Below are positions 28,153-37,144 of a DNA stretch of 64,000 nt, piece by piece. Within the stretch, counting starts at the first letter, position 1. Each line of letters starts with the position of its first letter. This stretch comes from a bacterium (GTDB taxonomy: Bacteria > RBG-13-61-14 > DATKZS01). Below the pieces are notes generated by a model, which was given only the letters and a program-made list of their open reading frames with translations, had not been told where the DNA came from and searched no databases. The position numbers were made by a program, and so were the translations under genes. The DNA is taken from NCBI GenBank assembly GCA_963674965.2, contig CAXXFL010000003.1, positions 288,001 to 352,000 of the forward strand, read 5' to 3'.

Positions 28153-28416
28153 AGTCCCGTAGGGACGGCGGTCTATAGCCCAGGGTGAAGGCCGCGATTG
28201 GCGGCCGAAACCCTGGGAGAAGATGACGATAAACAAATGAGTCCCAAAGGTACGGCGAAAATGAGGAAAGGCCCGGTAAAATACGGCCATCTTCCTGGCT
28301 GGAAATTTTACGCCGCGCCTTCAGCGCTCGGGTTCTTGCTTGATCTCATACCCAGGGTTACGGACGCGGAGCGCGTCCTCCACCCTGGGCTGTAGATCAT
28401 CGCCCCATCCGGGGCT
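28153..28416. repeat. REPIN-like pair of inverted palindromic units (family C)
   Basis: agtcccgtagggacggcggtctatagcccagggtg (28153) pairs with caccctgggctgtagatcatcgccccatccggggct (ends 28416); each arm has an internal cccaggg...ccctggg hairpin. Confidence 0.7.
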
Positions 28417-29580
28417 TTAAAGGAGCGAAAAGAGAGCGGTGGCCCGGCAGGTTTTCAAGAAACCGAGCGGGTCCGGAGAAGCCGGATAGGAACGGGGTCT
28501 CCCTCGGTATTCGATTGTCAAAGAGCAAGGCGGGTCGCGCCGCCGGGGCCTGACTTGGATCGCCATGCCGTCATCGCGTGAAAGCCGCGGGACGCCGGGT
28601 GACCCGTCCGGTTTCGTAAGAAACCGCGCGGGTCCCGCGAAGCGGGATGGGTACGGGGCCGCGTATTTCTCGTTACCGCGTATTTCCCACCTGCCCATAC
28701 ACCTATCCGGCTCCACCGGCCCCGGGCGGTTTTTGGCAAAACCGGCCGGGGCACCCCACCAAGGCGATCGTCCTTTGCCAAAGGCCAGACAAGGACCGTC
28801 ACGGGGGCGGGCGCAGTCGGACTCGAGGAAGTCAGCGCGAAAGACCGGCCAGCCGGCTTTTTCGATCATCGATGCCATCGCGGCCAGGCCGCCGTCGCTT
28901 CCGACTTCAGCCAGATAAGGATTGCCTTTGATAGGACTGTAAACCGGGCCGCGTAAAAGATAGACCAGGAGCAGGAACTGAAAAGCCTCGAAATCGTCGT
29001 CGGCGTGGGCCCGGGCGTAATGGTAACCGTCGATCAGGATGGCCGGGCCGAAGCTGAAGGCCAAGTCGAAGGCCTGGTCGCGAGGAACGCCCATTTCATC
29101 AAGGCCGTCGATGACCTCGTCCGGCACGTCAATAAGATAGTCGGGGATTTTGGCGGTCCTTAGCCACGTCTGTATTTGATACCCCACGTGCTCCGGCTCG
29201 GCCGGGGTCCCGAAGAAGCCGTGGTCGAACTCGTCCAGCTCCTTCAACCCGGCTTTCACCGCCGGGCACTCGGGGCAGGTCGAGAGCCAGCGGCCGCATT
29301 GTATGGTTATCTCGCCCGACCGGGTCTCGGTGAGTTTGATGAGTAAGTTGCGGGCCAGGACGCGAGCGATCCGCTTGAACTTCACCGTGGACAACCCGCA
29401 CCGCTTTGCCCAGGCCCCGGCGGGCAAAGTCAGGGCCCGGTTCTCCTCCCCCTCGGCCCGCTCGGCCAGTATCTCGATAAGATAATAGTAAAGCCCGTAG
29501 CCCTCGAGCCCGCACCTCTTCATCACCTCGCTCTTGGCCCAGTCCCGGCCCGCGTCCACCTCATGCTTGAACCAGCGCAT
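28417..29580 (-). CDS. Lin1244/DUF4373-like N-terminal domain protein (phage replication-protein-like), probably degenerate at the 3' end
   Basis: SD GAGGAGGAG; MRWFKHEVDA..D......CGLEGYGLYYYLIEILAE matches the family N-terminus as I recall it; the last ~110 codons run through family A repeats. Confidence 0.65.
   Translation of the reverse strand: MRWFKHEVDAGRDWAKSEVMKRCGLEGYGLYYYLIEILAERAEGEENRALTLPAGAWAKRCGLSTVKFKRIARVLARNLLIKLTETRSGEITIQCGRWLSTCPECPAVKAGLKELDEFDHGFFGTPAEPEHVGYQIQTWLRTAKIPDYLIDVPDEVIDGLDEMGVPRDQAFDLAFSFGPAILIDGYHYARAHADDDFEAFQFLLLVYLLRGPVYSPIKGNPYLAEVGSDGGLAAMASMIEKAGWPVFRADFLESDCARPRDGPCLAFGKGRSPWWGAPAGFAKNRPGPVEPDRCMGRWEIRGNEKYAAPYPSRFAGPARFLTKPDGSPGVPRLSRDDGMAIQVRPRRRDPPCSLTIEYRGRPRSYPASPDPLGFLKTCRATALFSLL
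28595..28678. repeat. Palindromic dispersed repeat family A, copy 2 (diverged copies at 28450-28497 and 30565-30660)
   Basis: Near-identical to 27875-27957 in the same orientation. Confidence 0.88.
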
Positions 29581-29808
29581 GTTCTCCTCCTCGCAAAAAA
29601 TGCCCTTCTATATATGGCGAAACGGGTGCATTTTTGTGGAGCGCCGGTTGACGAAATGCTGGGTTTACGCGCCCGCGATGATATACCGTTATGGTTAAAT
29701 ACATAATTCCGGGAGGTAAGGGGCGCCGAAAAAAATATCGTCCATCCCTAATATACGACTTCAATTCCATCTCCGCTCGACGGTAAAACCCGGCCGTATC
29801 ACGAATCA

Positions 29809-30085
29809 GGGTCGCCCACGCGTTTTGCGTGGGTGAGCGCGGCGAACGGGCTGAGCGTATAAAGGTTGATCGCATGTTGATTATACTCCTAGTGGCCTCG
29901 ACACGGAGAGGGATGAGGCCTGAAAAGTGGGAGGAACTCAGCCGGCGGCTACGCCGCCCATGCAGAATGCATGGGCGACCCCGCCGTTTAATTTGAAAAG
30001 AATATCATATTGCGTGCTTACTTCTGAATGAAATAATACTCAGCCCGCGGCTTACGCCGCCCATGCAGGATGCATGGGCGACCCC
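29809..30085. repeat. Three REP-like hairpin units (family D): 29809-29855 inverted, 29936-29982 and 30038-30085 direct
   Basis: actcagcc.gcggct(t)acgccgcccatgcag.atgcatgggcgacccc twice; inverted variant gggtcgcccacgcgttttgcgtgggtg...cgggctgag. Confidence 0.85.
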
Positions 30086-30090
30086 GGCTG

Positions 30091-30168
30091 GCCGAAGGCG
30101 TGGGAAAGGGGGCTACGGTCCGCCGGGCGCTTACATAAGAATCCAACGGCTTACGCCGCGCGGATAGG
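30091..30168. repeat. 78-bp inverted repeat, right copy (family B)
   Basis: gccgaaggcgtgggaaagggggctac...atccaacggcttacgccgcgcggatagg is the reverse-complement partner of 27994-28071. Confidence 0.9.
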
Positions 30169-30441
30169 CGAGCTATCCGCGCCACCCGCGACTTGATACT
30201 CATAACCGCCGATCTTGTAATGATCCACGTAATATGCCTCGTATTTATCCGTTTCCACGTCCTTAAGCTTGACGCCGAGGGAATTTTCCATATCGGCTTT
30301 GTCCATGTCCCAGCTCAAGTCCTTGAAGCATTGCGCCGGTATCCCTGGCTTGGTCTCCTTTTGATTGGTCTCCCCTTGTCCATGCGCGGCCATGAGGAAA
30401 GCGGCCAGGACGCCGATTGAAATAAGGACCGTACTTCGCAT
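30151..30441 (-). pseudogene. Small secreted protein, probably truncated by the repeat cluster
   Basis: SD AAGGAGGT; signal peptide; lower GC; the last codons (GADSSPIRAA and stop) lie in a hairpin and in the family B repeat. Confidence 0.5.
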
Positions 30442-30724
30442 GATTATACCTCCTTAAATAATTCCTTGCATTACGCCCGTCTCTTGTCAACCCTGCGTTG
30501 TCCCTTTCCATACATATCCCACATGGCTCCGCTATGTGGACGAGCATGGCGAGCGGGTCATGGCGTCCCGCAAAGCGGGATGGGCAGGCCGCCACGACTT
30601 CCCTCGCGACCTCATCTTTCCACCGTCCTTTTCCATCTTGCCCATCACCTATCCGGCTTCGCCGCCGTTTTTTATCAACCCTTCGTCATCCCGCCCTTCG
30701 TTGTTCCCCGCCATCCCTCCCGTT

Positions 30725-32245
30725 TCAAATATCTATCGGATACCTCCCGTATTTCTTGCAGGCCTCGACCATGGCGCGGTAGTTTTCGGGCTTGACGTAG
30801 TCGGGCACGGAGTTGGAGGCGGCCAGTCCCCAGCCGCCGCCGGGGGCCAGCTCGCGTATGCGCTTTTTCACCTGCTCCTCCACCTCGGCCGCCGTGCCCA
30901 GGGTGAGGGTGTAATCGAGGTCGATGTTGCCGAAGATACAGAAGCGGCCGCCGTGGTTTTTCTTCACCTCCACTATATCCATGGCCTGCGGCTCGATGGG
31001 ATGGATGGCCTTGATACCGCAGTCGGCCAGGTCGTCCAGGACCGACAGGAGCGTCCCGTCGGAATGGAAGATGAAGGGCAGGCCCGCGTCGTCCAGGACC
31101 TCGCCGAACTTCTTGTACCAGGGGAAGACGTACTTGCGATACACCGCGGGCGAGACCAGGGTCCCGGTGGTGTGGGCCAGGTCGTCGGACATGAACACGG
31201 CCCCGAGGCGGGGCATGGTCGCGAGCTTTCTGGCAATTTTGAGGTAGCTCGATCCGATGATCTCGAACATGGCCTCGATCACGGCGGGGTCGTCGTAGAG
31301 GGCGTAGGAGAAGTTCTGCAGGCCCATGCTCTGGGAGGTGTTGCCGAAAACCGCGGCCGGGCTGAGCATGCCGATGATTTTCATCTTGGGCGGGAGCAGG
31401 TCGGCCATCTCGTAAAAGGAGGAAAAGTCCACCTGGTCGGGGTCGGGCCAGGGGAACTTCTCCACGTCCGCGATGGTCTTGATGATGCCCTCGCTCTCGG
31501 TCAGCCAGGCCCGCTCCCGGTCGGACTCGGCCATGGTCCCGTCCGCGTCCGCGGCCGTGCGCATAAGCCGGGGCGTGAAAAAGGGAGGCAGCACGGGCAC
31601 GAAGTCGTAGCCGGCCCGGACGTAGAACTCGATCTCGTCCTCCGCGCTGGCGATCTCGCGGCCGAGGAAGCTCTCCTGGATGGGGATGGCTATCTCGGCC
31701 TCGAACTGCGGCACCCGGTCGGCCTCCTCCCGGCGGAGGGCGGCCTCGAGGCGGGAGAAGTCGGGATCGAGAGGGACGCCGCCGAGTTCTCCCGTCACCT
31801 GGACCGGCCCTTTCGGCTTTTCCCCCCCGCTAAAGACACCCTTCAGGCGGCCCCAGAAAGAGCCCCTCCCGGACTCCCCAAGAGAGTCCGACACCTTGAG
31901 CGTGGCGCCGCCGTACTCGTTGGTGATAAAGCTTATCTTGATCGTGTGTTTGCCCGGAGAGAGCCGCTGGCCCTTGACCTGGATAAGGAGCCTCGAGTCC
32001 TTGGCGAAGGTGACGGGCCGCTCGAGCCCGCCGGCCACGTTGATGGAAGCGCCGCCCAGGTTGAGGCTGACGCGGTCCGGGGGGTAGCCTTTTCCGTCCA
32101 CGTCAATGGCCATGTCCCTCATGCCGCTGATCTTGAGGGGAGTCATGCGGTTCTGGAAACAAAACTCGAAGCCCTCCTCGAAGTTGCGAAGGCTGCCCTT
32201 CTCGTAAACCTTGTTGACCAGAAAACCGGGAATGTAAACCATCAT
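30725..32245 (-). CDS. Uroporphyrinogen decarboxylase / MtaA-CmuA family protein with an extra N-terminal beta domain
   Basis: EADRVPQFE, FPWPDP, SDDLA, FIFHSDG, IHPIEP, IFGNID, APGGGWGLAASNSVPDYVKPENY; SD AAGGAGG before ATG 32245/32242. Confidence 0.88.
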   Translation of the reverse strand: MMVYIPGFLVNKVYEKGSLRNFEEGFEFCFQNRMTPLKISGMRDMAIDVDGKGYPPDRVSLNLGGASINVAGGLERPVTFAKDSRLLIQVKGQRLSPGKHTIKISFITNEYGGATLKVSDSLGESGRGSFWGRLKGVFSGGEKPKGPVQVTGELGGVPLDPDFSRLEAALRREEADRVPQFEAEIAIPIQESFLGREIASAEDEIEFYVRAGYDFVPVLPPFFTPRLMRTAADADGTMAESDRERAWLTESEGIIKTIADVEKFPWPDPDQVDFSSFYEMADLLPPKMKIIGMLSPAAVFGNTSQSMGLQNFSYALYDDPAVIEAMFEIIGSSYLKIARKLATMPRLGAVFMSDDLAHTTGTLVSPAVYRKYVFPWYKKFGEVLDDAGLPFIFHSDGTLLSVLDDLADCGIKAIHPIEPQAMDIVEVKKNHGGRFCIFGNIDLDYTLTLGTAAEVEEQVKKRIRELAPGGGWGLAASNSVPDYVKPENYRAMVEACKKYGRYPIDI

Positions 32246-32488
32246 GGCCTCCTTGCGCCCGATCGCGGACGCGCCAAGATATCGCGGCATGATTAATACC
32301 GCCATGGAGGGTATCGATGATGGAAAAGCCGCGCCGCTTTCCCGATACCCTTCCCTTATTAATCGCAATATACACGATGGTGATTGCCGATACAAAAGGA
32401 ACTCGGATGTGACCGCGCCCATGCCGCCATGGCCCGGACGGCGAAAAGCCTGGGCCATAATATGAAGAGGTTCGCCGCCTCGCCGATC

Positions 32489-32516
32489 TTGACAATTCCG
32501 GCTATTGGTTTAGAAT
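32489..32516 (+). promoter_or_regulatory. Sigma70-type promoter of tRNA-Leu
   Basis: TTGACA-16 nt-TAGAAT, 20 nt upstream of the tRNA. Confidence 0.8.
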
Positions 32517-32535
32517 ACATTCTGTCCGGATGAAC

Positions 32536-32622
<87 letters not shown>

Positions 32623-32632
32623 TACAATAATC

Positions 32633-32667
32633 AAGGCGGCGAGGATTGTCCTTACCGCCTTTTTTTC
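32633..32667 (+). terminator. Intrinsic terminator after tRNA-Leu
   Basis: aaggcggcgagga-ttg-tccttaccgcc imperfect stem followed by a T8 run. Confidence 0.8.
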
Positions 32668-32760
32668 ATCTCTTTGCGCCATAACCGCTTGCCGCGAGAT
32701 ACTCTCACTTTTAAAATATCTCCTTGTTAATCCGGTCCTTGCTGGTAGACTATAGTCCAA

Positions 32761-34659
32761 ATGGGTAAATACAAAACGGCTTTGGCGGCCATTGTGGGGG
32801 CGGCCATAGTGGGGGGATTCGTTATTCACCTGTCCCTCGACCGCCGCGTACAGGACGTGATCGAGGAGACCAGGACCGAGGCTTTGGAAGTATCTCCCGG
32901 CGCCGAGCTGGTGGGCGAGATGGACTTCTACGCGCCCGCGCCCGACGGCGTCCAGTCCTTTTTCCGGCTCCTTCCGGCCGCGGACATGGTCTCCTGGAAC
33001 GAGCGCCTGGTCCTGGCCACGGGCGGGGGCCTGCTGATCTATAAAGACGGAGTCCGCCTTCACCTGTCCTCCCTTAACGGCCTGCCCGGGACGGAAGTCA
33101 CCTGCCTCGCCACCTGGCTCGACCAGCTATTGGTGGGCACCACCGACGGCCTGGCCATACTGGACGAGAAGACGGTCCGCTCCTACCGGTTCGCCGACGC
33201 CAAGGCCAACCATATCTCTTGCCTCCTCTCCACCGACTCCGGGGTCCTCATCGGCACCCAGGGGGGAGGCCTGCTCCATTACGACGGGTCATCCATCGGT
33301 TACCACCCGGCCCTGCGCGACGCGAGGGAACTTATGGTCTCGGCCCTCTCCTTTCGGGACGACGGCTTCGCCGTGGGCACCTGGCGCTCGGGCGTTTTCT
33401 TTATCGACGACTCGTCCATCGTCGGCGGCGTCCGCGGCCAGGGCCTCATCGACCCGGTCACGGCCCTTCTCGAGACCGACTCCAACCTCCTTATTGGCTC
33501 ACCCGTGGCCCTCCAGGCGCTTAAGGCCGACGGGGGCCTTAGCGTAATCATGCCCGACGTCAACGTTTCCTCGATGCTGCTGGGGGACGGGGCCATCTGG
33601 ATCGCGGCCGGAAGCGACGGGGTCATCACCCTCGATGGGGAGGACATGACTTTCAGTCCAGCCCGGGACGAAATAATGAACGTCCGCTCAGTGGGAGGCG
33701 AGGTCTACGCCCTTGGCGTGGGAGGGGTCTCGCGGGTTACGGAAGAAGGACTCGAGCCGCTTCCCGAGTATGTTTCCTCCCAGGACCAGGAGCTCGTGGA
33801 CAACCACCTCACCTCTCTGGCCGCGGCCCCTCCCGACAAGCTGTGGATCGGGACCTTCGAAAAAGGGGTCCAGACGATCGAGAGCTTCGGCGACGGGGGC
33901 GAGGCGTTTCTCGAGCCCGACTTCGGGGCCGTGAACCGCGTGGTCCCCAACGTGGCCGACGGCAAGATATACGTGGCCACCAACCGGGGCGCGCTGGTCT
34001 ACTCGAGCGGCGTCTTGATCGACGCGGTGACGCGGGAGGACGGCCTGATCGGGGAGGCCGTTTTCGACGTGCTTCCCCTTGCCGGCGGCGAGGTGGCCTA
34101 CGCCACCAACAAGGGCGTCACCATCCAGGGCGCCGGGGGCTTTAGAAGCCTTTACGCTTTCCACGGCCTGGTTAACAACCACGTCTATTGCCTGGCCGAG
34201 TTTCAAGGCAAGATAGCCGCGGGGACCCTTGGCGGCCTTTCCTTTATCGAGGACGACCGTGTGATAAAAAGCTATACCATGGACGACTCGCCCCTTCGGC
34301 ACAACTGGATCAACGCCCTTGTCGCCTCGCCCGAGACGCTTTACGTGGGGAGTTTCGGTGGGGGCGTCGTGGCCCTGACCGGCGAGATGGAGTGGCTGGA
34401 CCTGTCCGGTCCCATGGACAAGGCGAACGTCAATCCCCACGCGCTCCTGCTCGAGGCGGACCGGCTTTACGCCGGGGTCTTCGGACAAGGCCTTTATTCG
34501 CTGAATCTCGAGAGCGGAAAATGGAGCGCCTGCCGCGGGCCTCTTCCCTCTCGCAACGTTACCGGTCTGGCCCGGTGGACCGGAGTGGGCGGACGCGAGA
34601 GTCTCGCCATAGCCACCGACGCCGGCCTGATCATGGCCGGTCCCGGATACGTCGAATGA
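32761..34659 (+). CDS. Membrane-anchored/exported beta-propeller protein (two-component-regulator propeller-like repeats, no kinase domain)
   Basis: N-terminal hydrophobic helix; repeats GLPGTEVTCLA, GLVNNHVYCLA, PLRHNWINALV, LPSRNVTGLA with W/Y-x-G-T-x-x-G motifs. Confidence 0.85.
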   Translation: MGKYKTALAAIVGAAIVGGFVIHLSLDRRVQDVIEETRTEALEVSPGAELVGEMDFYAPAPDGVQSFFRLLPAADMVSWNERLVLATGGGLLIYKDGVRLHLSSLNGLPGTEVTCLATWLDQLLVGTTDGLAILDEKTVRSYRFADAKANHISCLLSTDSGVLIGTQGGGLLHYDGSSIGYHPALRDARELMVSALSFRDDGFAVGTWRSGVFFIDDSSIVGGVRGQGLIDPVTALLETDSNLLIGSPVALQALKADGGLSVIMPDVNVSSMLLGDGAIWIAAGSDGVITLDGEDMTFSPARDEIMNVRSVGGEVYALGVGGVSRVTEEGLEPLPEYVSSQDQELVDNHLTSLAAAPPDKLWIGTFEKGVQTIESFGDGGEAFLEPDFGAVNRVVPNVADGKIYVATNRGALVYSSGVLIDAVTREDGLIGEAVFDVLPLAGGEVAYATNKGVTIQGAGGFRSLYAFHGLVNNHVYCLAEFQGKIAAGTLGGLSFIEDDRVIKSYTMDDSPLRHNWINALVASPETLYVGSFGGGVVALTGEMEWLDLSGPMDKANVNPHALLLEADRLYAGVFGQGLYSLNLESGKWSACRGPLPSRNVTGLARWTGVGGRESLAIATDAGLIMAGPGYVE

Positions 34660-34678
34660 CCCGAAAAGGATAAATTAA

Positions 34679-37144
34679 ATGAAACCAGTATTCCGCGAGC
34701 ATGGAGCGAGAATCTCCCTGGCCTTATTGTTGGCGACGGCCGTGGCCGCCTTCTTTGTGCTCCGGCCGGGAGAGCGCGGGGCCCGGGCCGAAATAGGGGC
34801 CTTTAGACTCGCGTCCTGGCAAAGCGACAAGGGGCCCGGAGCCATATCTCTGGCCGACCTCGATATCAAGATCGAGATATCGGGAGGCTTCGCCCAGGTA
34901 CGGCTCACGCAATATTTCGAGAACAAGACCGACGCCATCCTCGAGGGGACCTATTACCTCAAGCTCCCGGCCGACGCGACCCTCATGAACTTCGGAGTCT
35001 GGGACGAGGGAAAATTCACCGAGGCCGTCGTCATCGAGCGGGAGGCGGGAAGAAGGGCCTACCAGGAGATAGTCAGCCGCATGGTCGATCCCGCCCTGAT
35101 GGAGGCGCCCGAGGCCGAGATTACCGACGCCTTCCAGGTCAGGGTCGCCCCCATCCCGCCGCGGGCGGTCAGGAGGATCGAGTCTTCCTTCCACCTGTGG
35201 CTGCCCGTCAGGCGGGGAAAGAGGGTCTTTATCCTGCCCTTGAAACCGGGACCGACCCTCTCCGCCGAAAGGGCGCAAAGGTGCAAGATCGACGTGACCT
35301 TGCGCGAGACCTCCCCCCTTCAGGCCGTCGCCTGGAGCGCGCCGTCCTCGGTCAAGCCGGAAATCGGGGGTACCTGGCCCAGCCTGTCCGACCCACCGAG
35401 AGATACCGAGACCTGGACCCTCAAGTGGGAGGGAGGGCCTCTCGAGCTGGACGAGGACCTTACCCTGCAAATTCCCCTGGACCAAAGCCGAAGCTCGATG
35501 AGCGTGACAGTCTATCGTGACGCGGACTCGAGGCGCCTGGATGTATCGGCCACCGGCGGCGAGACCTACCAGGACGATTCCGGCTACTTTCTGGCCGAGG
35601 CCTTCTTCAGCCTCGAGGGCGAAAGGGAAGCCGAAAACCAAAACGCGCCCGAGCCGGCCAGGCCGGCGAGGAACGTGGCCATACTTTTCGACGTGTCCCT
35701 TTCCATGGGCTTCGATAAGCTGGTCAAGGCGGTCGAGGTGTTCGACTCCGTCCTTGCCGACCTCTCCGAAAAGGACCGCTTCGCGGTGATAACCATGGGA
35801 GGCGAGGTCAAGTCCTGGCAAAAGTCCCTCCTTGGCGCCACGGCAAAAAACAAAAGCGAGGCCCACGAGTTCCTGCGGCGGTCGCCCCTGGCCGGCGGCA
35901 CGAGGCTGGCCGAGGGCCTGGCCGAGGCGCTGGCCGCCCTCTCCGACGGCTCGGGAAGAGAGGGCAGGATCGTCGTCATCTCCGACGGACGGCCGACCAT
36001 GGGCGAGATCGTACACGCGAAGCTTCTCGAGGCCGCGGCGAGCGCGAACAAGACCGACGCGGGTTTTCCAGCGGCCGGCCTTTACGTCTTCGGAGTGGGG
36101 GAGGACGCCAACGTTCCCCTGCTCAAGGAACTGGCCCGGCAAAGCAAGGGATACTTTATCTGGGCCCGCGAAACCGAGTCGCTCGAGTCCAAGCTGCCCC
36201 CCTTTTTAAGGGCCCTCGCCGGAGACCCGGTAAAGGACGTGGGCCTCGAGGTTTCTCCCGCGGCCGGCGTGACCATGGTCTACCCCGCCGACAGGCAAAG
36301 CGCCTTTGACCTCGAGTCCATCCACTGGTCCGGCAAGTACGCGAACCCCGAGCCTCAGGCCAGGTTCAGCGCCTCCGGGACCCGGGACAAGGAAACGGTC
36401 ATTGTCGAGAACCTGGCGTCCCTGCCCGAGAAGGAGACGGAAAACGACTTCGTGGCTCGCCTCTGGGCGCAACAAAGGGTCGAGTTCCTGCTGGAAAAAA
36501 TTCGAAGGGAGGGCGAGACCGAGGAGTGGATCGACGAGATCGTGGCTTTATCCAAGCGTTTCAAGTTCCCGACCCCTTATACCTCCTACCTGGTGGCGCC
36601 GAGGGCCTTTCTGAGGCCGCGCGTGATCAGGCCCGCCGACCCGGTAATCAAGATCAAGGCCCCACCCGACACGGCCGCCGTGACGGCCCTCCTGCCCTTC
36701 GGCGAGACCAGGCGCATGACCAGGATCGGAGCCGGACCCGAGTGGGAAACCAGGTTCCTCGTGCCCCTCTGGATGAAGGACGGCCAGTACTTCGCCAGGA
36801 TCGTGCTCACCGATTCCTCGGGCAAGAAGACCATGGAGTACAAGGAGTTCGTCGTGGACGGCTCGCCTCCCCGCCTCAAGCTGAGGCTGCCCGATGAGGC
36901 CCCGGGGCCGGGACGGACGCTCGAGATAGCGGTCGACGCCGATCCCGACGTCAGGACCATTAACGCCAAGCTGGGATGCCTGCCCGCGGCCCCCGTCAAG
37001 TGGGACCCGGAGGCCAGGATCAACAAGGGGTCCATCCTCCTACCCGCGGGATGGCCAAGCGGAGAATACACCCTGAGGATCACCGCCGAGGACTTCGCCC
37101 ATAACGTGACTTCCCTCAGCGCCAAGGTCACGGTTGGAGAATGA
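34679..37144 (+). CDS. Exported VIT and vWA domain protein with C-terminal Ig-like extension
   Basis: VIT-like AQVRLTQYFEN...LEGTY..KLP...VDPALME; MIDAS FDVSLSM, GGT, ISDG; FGVGED; ARLWAQQRV; TPYTSYL. Confidence 0.9.
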   Translation: MKPVFREHGARISLALLLATAVAAFFVLRPGERGARAEIGAFRLASWQSDKGPGAISLADLDIKIEISGGFAQVRLTQYFENKTDAILEGTYYLKLPADATLMNFGVWDEGKFTEAVVIEREAGRRAYQEIVSRMVDPALMEAPEAEITDAFQVRVAPIPPRAVRRIESSFHLWLPVRRGKRVFILPLKPGPTLSAERAQRCKIDVTLRETSPLQAVAWSAPSSVKPEIGGTWPSLSDPPRDTETWTLKWEGGPLELDEDLTLQIPLDQSRSSMSVTVYRDADSRRLDVSATGGETYQDDSGYFLAEAFFSLEGEREAENQNAPEPARPARNVAILFDVSLSMGFDKLVKAVEVFDSVLADLSEKDRFAVITMGGEVKSWQKSLLGATAKNKSEAHEFLRRSPLAGGTRLAEGLAEALAALSDGSGREGRIVVISDGRPTMGEIVHAKLLEAAASANKTDAGFPAAGLYVFGVGEDANVPLLKELARQSKGYFIWARETESLESKLPPFLRALAGDPVKDVGLEVSPAAGVTMVYPADRQSAFDLESIHWSGKYANPEPQARFSASGTRDKETVIVENLASLPEKETENDFVARLWAQQRVEFLLEKIRREGETEEWIDEIVALSKRFKFPTPYTSYLVAPRAFLRPRVIRPADPVIKIKAPPDTAAVTALLPFGETRRMTRIGAGPEWETRFLVPLWMKDGQYFARIVLTDSSGKKTMEYKEFVVDGSPPRLKLRLPDEAPGPGRTLEIAVDADPDVRTINAKLGCLPAAPVKWDPEARINKGSILLPAGWPSGEYTLRITAEDFAHNVTSLSAKVTVGE

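Noticed and set aside
27875-28678. Near-identical repeat pair as DGR template/variable repeats, or the inverted repeat as a retron ncRNA
   Set aside because: No reverse transcriptase in the window, and the mismatches are not confined to adenines.
29561-29875. 104-aa ORF and other short ORFs in the repeat region
   Set aside because: They run through repeats and promoter DNA and have no coding signature.
29936-30085. Two repeats with a spacer as a mini-CRISPR
   Set aside because: Only two direct copies plus an inverted one, about 48 bp long, with no cas genes; a REP-like mosaic fits better.
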